The position numbers and the translations under genes were made by a program. A stretch of DNA of 64,000 nt, taken from NCBI RefSeq assembly GCF_018350175.1, contig NC_058386.1, positions 126,666,001 through 126,730,000 of the forward strand, in the 5' to 3' direction. This document shows, piece after piece, positions 1-12,899 of this stretch. How positions within the stretch are numbered: the first letter of the stretch is position 1; the number at the start of each line of letters is the position of its first letter. Under the pieces are notes generated by a model, which was not told the origin of the DNA, searched no databases, and saw only the letters and a list, made by a program, of their open reading frames with translations. The stretch is from Felis catus. Lineage: Eukaryota.

Positions 1-916
<916 letters not shown>

Positions 917-1633
917 CTCCGGGAGCCCAGGGCAGAGCTGGCTTCGGGGCAGGGGCGCGGGAAGCAGGTCCAGGCCCGGGAGGAACACAGGGGGGTCTGT
1001 TTGCTCAGGCGCTCCTGGGAGCCCCCTTGCTTTGGATGCTTGGGTGCGGAGCCTTAGGAGGGAGCCCTCGTTGGCTAGGAGGACAAGGGTTGGGGGGGGG
1101 GGTAGTCTCTAGGGGCTCCTGGCAGAGCTGGCTGGCCGGGAACCAGTCAGGCGCCCAAGGGAATGGCCGGGAGGTGGGGGTGGGGAAATGTTGGCTTCGG
1201 CGCTCCCGGGAGGCCGGGGTGACTTGCGTGGGCTTTCTGAGGAAGCGCTCATAGTCTAGCTAAGCCAGGGCGTCTCCCAGGGCCCAAGGGCGGAAAGGCC
1301 GGCTGGGCGGGCACCGGCCGCAGGCCTGGCGGCCTCACTAGGAACCCTAGGAGCCCATTGGCGCAGGCGCCTGGGGGTGGCGTCGAGCTGTGATAGGCGG
1401 GGCTTCCGCAGCCAGGGTCCGAGAGAGCCTGGGACAGCGTCGCTTTGGCGGGAACCGGCCACGCGCCCGGCAGCCTCCCGACGGCCCGGCCGTTTGCGCG
1501 TGCGCGGGGAGGGCGGGGTCGGCGCGCGGGGCGGAGCTTCGGGAAGGAGCCGCAGCGCCTCAGCCGCCAGCCGACTGGGCGAGCGGCCGGACCTGTGTTC
1601 AGGGGACTGGACCTGAGGCGGAGCCTGACGACC

Positions 1634-2745
1634 ATGGAGGCGGCAGACGCAGCCGCAGGCGGCGAGGCGGGCGGCGCCCACAACGCCCGGGACGGCCAGG
1701 GGGGCCAGGAGGGCCAGGAGGGCCAGGGAGGCGGCCTCGGCCGCCGCGGGCACGGTCATGGCCTCGGAGGCGCGGACGCGGAGGCCGCGGTCGCCGGCGA
1801 GGCTCCGCGTGTCCCGCGACCACCTCACGCCCCCGGGCCAGGCGGAGATGCCCTCTCCACGGCCGGAAGGCCGGAAACCCGAGTACACATATTGTATCCT
1901 AGCCGAGGGGACAGCGGGCATGGGCAGGGGGCGGAAAGGGAGAGGAGCTGTGGTAACCTGAGGTGCGCGGGGCAAAGATCTGAGAGCAGGGTGATCACGG
2001 GGTGGCTGGAGAGAGGTGGGGGAGGAGGAAGGAAGGAGATCAGGGGGGAAACGGGTTCCCGGGGGCGGTGGGCGGACATGGGCCTGGTAACGGGGTGGCC
2101 GCGAGCCATTAGGGTCGGGAGTGGGTGGCCTCGTCAGGGTGGCCTGAGAAGGGGACTCAGGCCCTAAGTGAGTAGTGGTGGTACCTTAACCGAATCTGCA
2201 CCCAGCGCCCTCGGCGTGCCTTTCCCGTCCCAGTTGGAGGCGGAGATCGCCTGTGCGTCTTTCGCCCCATATCGGGACCCGTATGGATGCCTTGTGGGGC
2301 AGCAGCTCACTGTGTTCGGCAGCGTCCTGGCCATGTTAGTTCTGGAAGGGCCGGGGTCGGGGTGGCTGCAGGTGGCGGGTCCAGTCTCCATGGGGGGCGG
2401 GGGGGAGGCGCTCTCTGCTGGATCGTCGAGGGCTAGGTGCGGGCCAGGGCCCGCAGGCTCTAATACCTGCACCTGCGGGTAGGGGGGGGGTCGCTCCTGG
2501 GGGCGGGGAAGGGTGCAAGGGATGGGTACCTGGGCGGGGAGGGGAGCTGAGCGAGGAAGGGGAGGATCCACCACCTCCAACTTGATTGCCTTTTCTCCTC
2601 TCTCAGCCGCTGGAGAGCTGAAAACCCTTTCCTCCTCCGAATTTCCATCATCAACTTTCTTGACCAGCTTTGCGTGGTGATTCGGACCATGCAGCGCTTC
2701 CGGTTCCCGGTTCCCGCTAAGCCTGCGCTGGCGAAAGGGGGCTAA
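1634..2745 (+). CDS. LAGE3/CTAG-family Pcc1-domain protein, copy 1 (LAGE3-like, 175 aa); exons 1634-1893, 2206-2334, 2607-2745
   Basis: ACCATGG start and Gly/Ala-rich exon 1 ending RVHI-F. Exon 2 is ALGVPFPSQLEAEIACASFAPYRDPYGCLVGQQLTVFGSVLA-I. Exon 3 is RWRAENPFLLRISIINFLDQLCVVIRTMQRF...KGG*, versus LAGE3 RWKAEDCRLLRISVINFLDQLSLVVRTMQRF. Both introns are phase 2; AATAAA at 2925-2930. Confidence 0.88.
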
Positions 2746-3264
2746 GGTCTAGCCTCGTGTCCCCCGTCTGGGCGGTCCGTCCTTCCTAGGGCAGTGATTC
2801 CTGCGCTAGCTGCCACCTGAGGTTGGGCGCCTGCCTGGTCTTCTGAGGGCAATGAGGGCCCGAGCCCTTGGGCACTCATGGTCCCCTTGTTTTGTTTGCC
2901 ATTTAAATGTTTGCTACTGCAGAAAATAAAACTGAGTTTTGCTATTCCCTGTTCCTTCTCAGTTGTGGCACCCCCGGATAGTCTTCCCTTTGTCCTCAGG
3001 CGGGGGGGGGGGGGTAGGGGGGGAGGAGGGGGGGCGGGGCGGCTCCTGGGATGTCGACGTGCAAGTCGCGGAAGGTGGTAGAAGGCAGTTTGGGAACTGG
3101 CAGAACCCACGTGCGTCCTGTCCTTCGGTATCAAGGACTCTCAACATGTGGGAATATGCCCATCGTTTGCACGTTTCGCATTACTCCTGATGTCTTTCAT
3201 CTAATGTGAACTTTTTATCCAAACTCTTCAAAAATATTGAATGAGTGCAGGAAAGATGCATTAA

Positions 3265-3480
3265 GGGCACCTGGCAGGCTCAGTCGGTTGAGCGTCTGAC
3301 TTTGGCTCAGGTCGTGATCTCGGAGTTGGTGAGTTCCAGCCCCGTGTCAGGCTCTGTACTGACAGCTGAGGGTCTGGAGCCTGCTTTGGATTCTATGTCT
3401 CCCTCTTTCCTCTGCCCCTCCCCTGCTCAGTTTCTGTCTCTCAAAAATTAATAAACTTAAGTTTTTTTTATAAAAAGAAA
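3265..3480 (+). mobile_element. CanSINE (feline type)
   Basis: gggcacctggcaggctcagtcggttgagcg head, CT-rich tract and A-tail; TSD aaagatgcatta. Confidence 0.9.
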
Positions 3481-3778
3481 AGATGCATTATAATATTCTA
3501 ATGTAACTACTGAACGTTTAAATTGCTTTCACCTTTTTGCCCTATTTTAGGTAATGACTCAGTGGAACTCTTGCATATGACCTTGCACGAATGATTGCTT
3601 CCTTCCACTAGGTTAAAAGAGGTACAATTAGTGGGTAAATATTTAGTATATTTTTTAAAGCTCTGTCAAGACTGCAAAATTAGTCTCCAGAAAACGTACC
3701 TACCACTCTGCCAGAATGCTGGTTTTGCTACACCTTATCACTGCTGGCTCTGGCAAAATTTGAAAACAAAATTCATTT

Positions 3779-4102
3779 GGGGGTGCCTCTGGCTCACTTG
3801 GTTGACTGTCCTACTCTTGATTTCAGCTCAGGTCATGATCTCAGTTTGTGAGATGACAGTGGGGAGCCTGCTTGGGATTCTCTCTCTGCCCGCCCCTGTT
3901 CATGTGCACACTCGCGCCCTCTCAAGAAAATAAACATTTAAAAATAACAATTTGGGGCACCTGGGCGGCTTAGTTAAGCATCCAACTCGATTTGGGCTCA
4001 GGTCATGACCTCACGGTTTGTGAGATCAAGATCGAGCCCCATGTCTCCCTCTCTCTGCTCCTTCCCCACTCACAATCTTTCTTTCAAAATTAAAAAAAAA
4101 AA
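3779..4102 (+). mobile_element. Two tandem CanSINEs
   Basis: Two ggggtgcct/ggggcacctgg heads, each with ctcaggtcatga and an A-tail. Confidence 0.85.
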
Positions 4103-4186
4103 AACCATTTAAAAAAATCCTTAAAAAATAATGTAAAAATTAGTTTGCACGAGAAGAGCAAACAACCCAGAAACACTAGAATCAGA

Positions 4187-4376
4187 GCCTCGATGCCCGG
4201 GACCGGCAGCTGGCTGCTGGCACGTGCGCCCGGCTGGCGCCTGCGCAGACACACGTTTGGGGGGAGGGGCCGGCCGGGCCGGAAACAGTCACGTGCCAGT
4301 GGCCTACAGGAGGGGATTCTGGGCATTAGCCTCCGGCCGGTTTGCGCAGGTGCGCGGGGAGCGCAGGTGACGTCAC
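4187..4376 (+). promoter_or_regulatory. CpG-island promoter of copy 2 with E-box, NRF1-like, GC-box, ETS-like and CRE motifs
   Basis: CACGTG twice, GCGCCTGCGCA, GGGGAGGGG, CCGGAAA and GTGACGTCAC (4367-4376). The block is shared with 22655-22830. Confidence 0.6.
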
Positions 4377-4400
4377 CCGCTTCCCGAGGGAGCCTCGTTA

Positions 4401-4432
4401 GTTCGTGCGTTCGTTCGTTCGTTCGTTCGTTC
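4401..4432 (+). repeat. (GTTC)n microsatellite in the 5' leader of copy 2
   Basis: Visible tandem gttc run. Confidence 0.9.
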
Positions 4433-4468
4433 CCTCGGCGGTTCAGCCGAAGTCCAGGCCGGGGAACC

Positions 4469-5583
4469 ATGGAGGCCACAGATCGAGGCGCAGGCGGTGG
4501 GGCCGGCGGTCCCGAGGGTCAGCGTGGCCCGGGAGACCCCGGTGTCCCAGATGGCCCCGGAGGCCACGAGGGCCCCGGCGGTGGAGGTGGTGAGGGAGAG
4601 GAGTGTGCCGCGGCCGGTGCGGCCCCGCGGGTCGCGCAGGCGCCATGTGCTCCCGTCCCGGGCGCAGCTGCCGTGCCAGGGCTTGGCGGACACCCTTTGC
4701 CGGGACCCCGTGGGCACAGCGGGCCCACAGCCGGAGGGCCGGGGAGCCAGCCGCTGCAGTTGTATCCTCTTGGCCGAGTGGCGGGTGGCCGGGGCGATGG
4801 GCCTAGAGGAGGCGACGGGGCGGGGAGCGGAGGGGAGGGGGTTCAGCCTGGGGGTCCAGGGCAAGGAGGGGAGGGGGGGACCGGGGCACCGGAGGGACCG
4901 GCCCGGGGGGCGGATGGGCCAGGGGTGGCCGGGAGGGGTGGCGGGGAGAGGCGGCCTGATGGACCAGCAAGGAGGGGAGCGGACCGGAGAGGATGGAGAG
5001 GGGGGAGAGTGGCCGTGGGGAAAGCAGGCCTCGGAGTGGTCAGGACGCCTGAGGCACCGACGCGATCGGTTTTCGATGATGCCTTAACCGAATGGCTACC
5101 AGCTACGTCACCATGCCTTTCCCGTCACCCACGGAGGCACAGGTGGCCCACCAGTGTCTGGCAACACAGGGCCAGCCCCAGGTCGGGGCAGTTCGGAAGG
5201 AGTTCACGGTACTCGGCAACGTCCTAATTATGTTAGTTCCAAACGGGTCCCTCGTGGGGGGTGGTGTCAGGTCGCTAGGGCCTATCTCCTGAGGGCCGTT
5301 CTAATAGTGAATTGGAGACACCAAAGGTTAGGTCCAAAGAGGTAGGTGTGGCACCCTGAGCCTGCGGCCACCTGAGGGGGGGCAGAGAGATAGGGGCAAG
5401 AGTGATGACATTTCATTTGGATTTTCTTTTTCCCTCACTTTTAGACGACTGACTGCCGAAGACCCTGGCCAACTCCAGGTTTCCATCGCCTCCTGTCTTG
5501 ACCAGCTTTCCCTGTTGGTTTGGACCATGCAGCGCTTCGTGCCCCCGTTTTTCACATTGCCGGAGCCAGGCAAAAGGGGCTAA
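4469..5583 (+). CDS. CTAG (NY-ESO-1/LAGE-1)-like Pcc1-domain protein, copy 2 (186 aa); exons 4469-4761, 5103-5231, 5445-5583
   Basis: ACCATGG start, MEATDRGAGGGAGGPEG...GPGVPDGPGG. Exon 2 is FYVTMPFPSPTEAQVAHQCLA...KEFTVLGNVLII and exon 3 is RLTAEDPGQLQVSIASCLDQLSLLVWTMQRFVPPFF. These match NY-ESO-1 FYLAMPF..KEFTVSGNILTIRLTAADHRQLQLSISSCLQQLSLLMW. AATAAA at 5725-5730. Confidence 0.9.
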
Positions 5584-5764
5584 TTGTAACCTAGCGTCCC
5601 TTCCTTCCCTAGGGCGTCCATTCCGATGCTGGTTGCCGCTTTATTACGGGGGTCTAATTGTTCGTATTGGACTTTGGGCCTTGTTTTTCCCCATTGCTGG
5701 AGGAGGGGCGTTCTTACAGCAGAAAATAAAACTATTTTTCCGCATCTGAGTGTATTTTCAGCTA

Positions 5765-5930
5765 CAGTGTCAGAGCAAGGGGAGAAGGCAGAGAGAGAGA
5801 GAGAACCCAAGCAGTTCCTGCGCTGTGAGTGCAGAGCCCGACGCAGTGCTTGAACCCACCAACCGTGAGATCATGACCTGAGCCGAAACCGACTCAGGTG
5901 CTTACCTGACTGAGCCACCCAGGCGGCCCT
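5765..5930 (-). mobile_element. CanSINE
   Basis: gagatcatgacctgagccgaa...actgagccacccaggcg. Confidence 0.85.
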
Positions 5931-6949
5931 CGTTGATTAATTTTTCAATTGGAATAGTCATATTTTACTTATTGATTGGTGAATGCTCTTTATATACAAA
6001 GATACCAAATCTTGGCCAAAGTAATTGAAAATACTTTCCTTCCTCATTGCTTCACTGAATTCTTGTTTATAGTTCTATTCTGTACTGGAGGGTTTTTAAC
6101 TTTTTCTTGTATTTAAATATGAAGTTTATTGTCAAATTGGTTTCCATACAACACCCAGTGCTCATCCCGACAGGGGCCCTCCTCAATACCCATCACCCAC
6201 CCTCCCCCCCATCAACCCTCAGTTTGTTCTCAGTTTTTAAGAATCTCTTATGTTTTGGCTCCCTCCCTCTCTAACCTCTTTTTTTTTTTTAATGTATGCA
6301 AGTGGTACATTTTTGTCATTATGATCTTTGTAGTTTATGTCCAAGGGAAAGCCATCCCCACTGTAAAATTATAAAATTTGTCCCTCGTGCCATCTTCTAG
6401 TACTTTGAAATGTTAACACACAAGGAATTTATTGTGGTGTGAAAGATGACATTGGTCTAATTTTGTCCCCTTCCCCCCAAGGTTCCTCAGGTGTCTCAAT
6501 GTCATTTATTGACTAATCCATATGTCTCCGCTGAATTGAAATGTCGCCTTCACCAGGGTCTAAACCTGCATCTTCATTTCTTCTTGCACATTTGTTTCTC
6601 CAGCAAATTTGGGCTAGGTGATCTGGGATGGCCTCTCTGAGGAAACGGCCCGAAGGTTACAGTAGAGAAAGTTGGGATTGGTGTGGGAGAAGGGACAGAC
6701 AGAGACAGAGGAGGACAGACAGACCGACCGACAGAGAGATTTGATTGGCTCAGCTTGGATTGCCCTTCGAAGGGCGCAGGGAGAAACATGAGGACAAGAA
6801 CGAGATGAAAGAGAGAGAGGCTAGGGCATCAGTGCATTAGAGGACTGTTGCACTGGGGATACCGGAGCATTTGGGGTTTTCTTCTTTCGTTAAGAAAAAC
6901 CTATTATAAATAATACTACCATGAATATTTTGTTTAAAAAGATTGTACA

Positions 6950-7077
6950 GGGGCACCTGGGTGGCTCAGTTGGTGAAGCGTCTGACTCTTGATTTTGGCT
7001 CAGGTCATGATCTCACAGTTCTTGGCATCGAGCCCTGCATAGGGCCCTGTGCTGAGCATGGAGCCATCTTGAGATTC

Positions 7078-7116
<39 letters not shown>

Positions 7117-7180
7117 TTCTGCTTCCCCAACCCCCGCTCACGTGCATGTGTGCGCGCTCTCTCAAAAGAAATAAAAGAAA
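6950..7180 (+). mobile_element. CanSINE
   Basis: ggggcacctgggtggctcagttgg head, (CT)n tract and A-tail. Confidence 0.9.
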
Positions 7181-7970
7181 TTGAAATATATTTCTATATA
7201 TGTTTAAATACACACAACCCTAGTTTCAGTGGTGATGGAGTTTTCAGGTTATTGAGTTCACGATCTTGTAGGAACTGTACATTCCCCCATGACCTACTGA
7301 TCCAGGTTTCTGTAATTACGGCATATTACCTGGTTAGCGGCTGAGGGAGCATTATTCTACTATGTAGGAGAGTGAAGGATATGGGGAGAAAGGCCCAGAT
7401 GGGTGGCTGCAAAGTTGATGTCCAAAGTCGAGCACAAGTCCCATGTCCTCATGGGAGGGTAAGGTTTCTCAGCCAGGACACAAGCAGTGTTCTAAGGGAC
7501 CAAGCCAGAGCTGTGCCTGGAGAAAGAGATGTAAAATGAAGAGCCAGAAGCCAGAGTCAAACCCAACTTGAAAGAGTACGTAAAGAGCAATGGTGAAATT
7601 ATTTGGGTTACTCGAGTCAGAAGAAAAAGAAAGCCGGTCTTGACCTTATTCTTAAGTCAAACAGTAAACAAAGCAGGGTGCGAAATCCAGAAGCAAACAG
7701 CCACAACCACAAATAAACCAACACCAGTGTCTAATTACACAAAGGTGTTAAGCTCTGTTAGGGAAGAAAACATCATAAACAAAATGGAAAGACAAGTTAG
7801 GAAGACATTAGTAACCCAAAGGGCAAACTAAAGTGAGTATCTTCAAAACACAAGTGACCCTTAGCAAATAAATCCATAAAAGACACAAACAGCCCAGAAG
7901 ATTGTACAAATGACAGGACCATGGGATTCCTGGAATAAGGATTATAAACAGCCAATTTGGTACAGGGTAT

Positions 7971-8600
7971 TGTTTACCAGTGGGAGCGTCTACATAGCGT
8001 GAATGGAAGCCTCCACTCTTGGATCCCCCACGGAACGTTCCCATGAGGATCTGCGCTCAAATAAGGACAGCCAGAAGGAAAGCAGCAAGCACAAAGCAGT
8101 TTATTAAGGACAGTGCACTCTCCAGGTGGCAGAGCGGACAGGCCCAGAGGTGTCTGGGGTTTGGGGTGTCTTTTCTCTGTATGTTTGCATAGGTTCCGGA
8201 TGGGTCACAGCTAGGGGGGTCTCCCACTGAGGGTGCTTCCCATCATGTGGGCAACTCCTCCTACCGGTTGGGAGGGGGAGTTTTTCTGGCCCCGCCCACA
8301 AGGTTCTGGCCAGAAGAGTCCATGGCCATCTTCCCTTGGGCGGGGAGAGTTGAAAACAAAACGAGGTAAATCTAGTATAATGAAGCTGTAGGTTACCCTG
8401 AGGCCAACCAAGGTTGAAGAGGAGAACCCCTGTTCTGCACCTGTGGCCCTTGGTCTGTCAACCTGGGGGTGTTGGAAGCCATAGGACCAGGATGTTAACA
8501 GCCACAAAGTCAGGACATTGTGCCCTCAGGCTTCTAACGTGTCACCTATTTAACACCGCCTTTGCCTCTGGCTCATGTCTAACCAACTGCCTACTTGATC
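7971..8600 (-). mobile_element. Solo ERV LTR
   Basis: About 630 bp starting TG, flanked by the 5-bp direct repeat GGTAT (7966-7970 and 8601-8605). An internal TTTATT near 8100 is a minus-strand polyA signal. Family not determined. Confidence 0.65.
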
Positions 8601-8899
8601 GGTATGATCCTATGTATGCAAACAAGCAAAAGAAAAACCGTTATAAACGCAGATGAATATATCCTAGGAAAAAGTCTGGGAGGACGCACGTAAAACTGGT
8701 CATAATGGTTACTGCAGACACTGAGTTTATGGGAAATGTTTACTTTCTAACAACACACCTTTGTGTAAGGCATGAATGATTTTATAACACGCATACATTA
8801 TAGTGGAAAAAAATTTAAATATCTAAGCGTTCGGAGCTGTAAGTGCACTATGATTCCAGTTTTGCTTGCCTACTTTATATGTGTATGCACGTACATTTG

Positions 8900-9148
8900 G
8901 TTTTTTAAAAATTTTTTAAGTATATTCATTTTTTTTGAAAGACAGAGAGAGACAGAGAGACAGAGAGACAGAGAGACAGAGCACAGCAGGGGTGGGGCGG
9001 AGAGAGAGGGGGACACAGAATCCAAAGCAAGGCTCCAGGCTCTGAGCTGTCAGCACCAGAGCCCGACGTGGGACCCGAACTCACGAACCGCAAGATCAGG
9101 ACCTGAGCCGAAGTCGGACGCTCAACCGGCTGAGCCACCCAGGCGCCC
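8900..9148 (-). mobile_element. CanSINE
   Basis: Reverse consensus, flanked by the repeat gcac(g/a)tacatttg. Confidence 0.9.
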
Positions 9149-9511
9149 GTGCACATACATTTGTAGTGCAAGAAGAAACCTGAAATAAACCATCAAAATG
9201 TTTACAGTGAGGTTCTCTCGCGGTGGTGAGGTTATAGAGGGCATTTTTTTCTTTTTTGGTCACTTTGTAAGTTTCTGTAACTGCACAACCTATGCAATGA
9301 CCATGTTTTACTTCCATAAATAGAAAGCAGTGTTTTAGAAAGAGGGGGGGGAAAAAAGAGCAACAGAAATATTTGATCGTTGCTGAAAATGGGGGGAAAC
9401 CTGGCACCCAAAATAGGATTCACCAAATGGATCACGTGCATGACATTTCAAACTCCTGTGTGATTGGATTCACCCCCAAAGCACTGGCATGTGCCAGCCC
9501 CACCCTGGAGA

Positions 9512-10095
9512 AGATCTTCATGAGCTTACACACATGGGGGGAAATGCCTGGTGGGATGGTAGGCCGAAGGCCTTCCAGTGCCACCTTCATTCCAATNNNN
9601 NNNNNNNNNNNNNNNNNNNNNNNNNNNNNNNNNNNNNNNNNNNNNNNNNNNNNNNNNNNNNNNNNNNNNNNNNNNNNNNNNNNNNNNNNNNNNNNNNNNN
9701 NNNNNNNNNNNNNNNNNNNNNNNNNNNNCCAGGCAGGTGCATACCTGCGCCCAGGGCATTGGAAGGAGAACCTGACGTCGGCCGTGCTGGTTCGGGCAGT
9801 CATGTCCTCATCAATCATTACACTACGGCTGCTGAGCGCGTGTCGTGGGATGAGGGGCTCTAGAGTGTGTACGAGGGCCATGCCCCTTGCCATGTCCAAT
9901 GCAAACGTCACAGCCTGGCTCTGGTCCACAGCAAAATTGGTGCCTTCGTGTAATACATTGTACAGGGAGGGATCCATATGGCATCCAGTGTGCGACGAGG
10001 GTGGGGTGTGGAGCAGGTGGAGACTGACAGGCACCTAGCACTGGGAGCACATTCGGATGTGAGAAACTCCTGAGCCGGGGACACTCCTCGTTGAT
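9512..10095 (-). pseudogene. Processed ILK (integrin-linked kinase) fragment
   Basis: [32 protein letters not shown]...[11 protein letters not shown]...ALDMARGMA...[28 protein letters not shown] matches the ILK pseudokinase domain. It is intronless, has a 4-bp duplication frameshift near 9965-9972, and is truncated at both ends. Confidence 0.93.
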
Positions 10096-10111
10096 TTGAT
10101 GTGACCAGTGC

Positions 10112-11045
10112 CTAGGAGGCACTTTCTTTCCCGAGGGCCTTGAACAAAGCCCTCTTCACCTCCTTGTTTCGCATGCTGTAGATGACGGGGTTGAGCATGG
10201 GGGTGAGGACCACGTACAGCACAGGGAGCGCCCGGTCCCGCAAGCCAGAGCACGCAGAGCTGGGGAGGATGTAGCAGAGGACTGGAGCGATGTAGAAAAT
10301 GCAGACCACGGTGGTGTGAGCACCACAGGTGGAAAAGGCTTTTCTTCGGCCGTCAGCGGAGTGAATCCTGAGAATCGCAGCCACAACACGTACACAGGAG
10401 ATCGCAACCGGGGCACGGGGTGCAAGAGCCACCACGAAACTGAAGACGAACATGGCAAGCTCGCTGGCCCACGTGCTTGAGCAAGAGAGTCTGGTCAGTG
10501 GAGGGAGGCCACAGGAGAAGTGGGTGATGAGGCGAGGCCCGCAGAACCTCAGTGGAGCTGCAAGGACGGTGTGGGCGAACGCATCGGCCAAGGCAAGCAG
10601 GCGGGAGGTGGAAGCCATTCCTGCCCGGGTCCGTCCGACGGCCCAAGAGGACTAGGTGGTGCGGTGGCCGGCCGATGGCTGCATAGCGGTCACAGGCCAT
10701 GGCTGTGAGCAGGAAGCACTCCCAGGGAGCCAGGAAGTGGAGAAAGAAGATCTGGGGAAGACAAGCACGATAGGGCACGGTCCGCACTGCTGCCAGCAGG
10801 TGTTCCAGCACCTGAGGCCCCGTGCTGGAGATGTAGGCAGTGTCCAGCAGTGAGAGGTTGACTAAGAAGTCGTACATGGGAGTGTGGAGTCGGGAGTCCA
10901 TCACAGTAAGGCTGGCAATGCCCAGCCACGCTGTGGACCAGCAGAAAGATCACAAAGAGCAAGGGCCTCAACTCCTCTGCGTCGGCCAGCCCTTCCAGAA
11001 GGAACAGCGACACTCGGGTCTCATTCCCCAGCTGCCCGGAACCAT
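10112..11045 (-). pseudogene. Olfactory receptor pseudogene
   Basis: OR motifs GNETRV, LHTPMY, MACDRYAAI, KAFSTCGAH and PMLNPVIYSMRN are spread over three frames, with frameshifts and a deletion near TM1. The position matches the OR locus known between the CTAG genes and GAB3 in other mammals (from memory). Confidence 0.9.
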
Positions 11046-11572
11046 GCGCAGAAACCTGCACCTGTAGAGTCCAACTCAGAGTCAGATGAGGATCCAAGTG
11101 TGGAGTTCCAATTTGCACAAGGCAGCAGGGGTGAGGGAAGGTCCAGAGACAACAACAACAACAAGAAAAAGAGACAGGTTTCAAGCTTAAGAAAATAAGA
11201 CTCAGAATTGGGGGAGTGAGGCTAGGTTCAGGAGGCCAGCGGTAAGGTAGAGGCCAGTAGAATGGAATCGGTAACCCCACACCAAGACAAGGTGCACAGA
11301 CCTTGAAGCCACGGTGCATGCACCTCCTGCAAGGATATCAAAGTCGGTCCCTCAGAAGCTTCTACCTGAATAAGGACCCTAGACCTCGTAATTACCTGCA
11401 GTGGTCCCCTTATTTCACCCTCACCAACCCAGCAGAGCCCCAACTCAGGAGCAGTGATAGGACACTAGTCAGGTCCCTCCTCCTCCCGCTCTGAACCTTT
11501 CAGTGCCTCCCATCTCACTCAGCGTCAAAGCCAAAGTCCCCCCGGCGACCTACCAGGCCCTCTGTGATACGC

Positions 11573-11620
11573 TCTCCCTCCTCTCCTCTCCTCTCCTCTC
11601 CTCTCCTCTCCTCTCCTCTC
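11573..11620 (+). repeat. (CTCTC)n simple repeat
   Basis: Visible tandem ctcctctcctct run. Confidence 0.85.
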
Positions 11621-12899
11621 TGACCATCGGGCAAGAAGTCTGTCAGCTCCGTGCCCCATATCACATCTTCGGACTGGCCCACAGCAGCAAACGCCCTTGC
11701 CTATCCCCTGCCTCGGTGGAAGAGAGCCCTGCCCTCCTATCCAAGGCTAGCTTGTCCGATTTCCCCAGCTGCTCTCTTCATTGTGCCAGCCCTGCTCGGC
11801 AACCCTTTTACATGGGAATGTGCTAAATGCCACTCGACTGTTCACTCTCAGATGGTTTATTTTATGTTATCTCGATTTTACCTCCATGAAAAAAGGAAGC
11901 AAAATAAAGACTTTTTCAGACATATAAAAGCTGAGATTAACTCGTTGTCAGCGGAAAACCTGCACTACAACAAATGTTAAAGGCTGTTCTCCACAAGCAA
12001 GGATGATAGCACGTGGGAACTTGGACCTACATGAAGTAATGAAGCGGGTTCCAGAACTGGAAAGTATGTGGGTAAATGTAAACATTTTTTTCTCCCTTCA
12101 AAATGTCTCTCAATCGTCGCAAACCATCTAAAGCAAAATTATTGACAACACGGCGTGGGGTGTGTAACTGCTATAGAAATAAAAGGTATGACAACAACAG
12201 CACAAAGGACACCAGTGGGTGGTTGGAAGGGTACTGCTGTAATGTTCTTACGTTACGTGCGAAGTGATTTGAAATTACTTGAAGGTGGTCTATAATGAGG
12301 TAAAACACATATTAGGATCCCTAGAACCCTAGGGTTAATATGTACACTTCTCTGGCGGAGATAAAGTGAATTTCTAGAAATTACTCAATCTGAAAGGAGT
12401 CGCGAAAAGACAGAGAGGGGAACGCAGAACACATGGGGCAAACAGAAAATAAATAGCAGGATGGTAGATGGAAACTCAACGATACCCCTCGTTACATTTA
12501 TTCTAAATGGTCTAAACGTGGCAACTAAAACACGGAGATTGCCAGACTGGATAAAAAGGCAAAGCAAAACTATATGCTACGCGTAAGAAATGTGCTCTAT
12601 GAAGACACAGATACGGTAAAAGTAAAAAGATGGGCAAAGATACACCATGCAAGTCTTCTAATAAGAAAGTTTGAGTAGCTATATTAAGAGCAGGCAGAAC
12701 AGACTTCAGGACAAGGAATACGATGGGGTGGAGGACGTTTGCTAACGATAGAGGGGTCACTTTGTGAAGAAGACATAAAATCAAAACCTAAATACACAGT
12801 AGGAAAGAAATAATGAAGCTAAGAGGAGATATGAATAAAACGTTAAATGGACAAACAATAGAGGAAAATCCATGAAGCGGAAAGCCTTTTTTTCCTTTC

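Noticed and set aside
1634-2745. Calling copy 1 LAGE3 itself, or copy 2 CTAG1B/CTAG2
   Set aside because: Canonical LAGE3 lies beside PLXNA3/UBL4A, which are not in this window. One-to-one orthology cannot be set without a phylogeny, so symbols are left blank.
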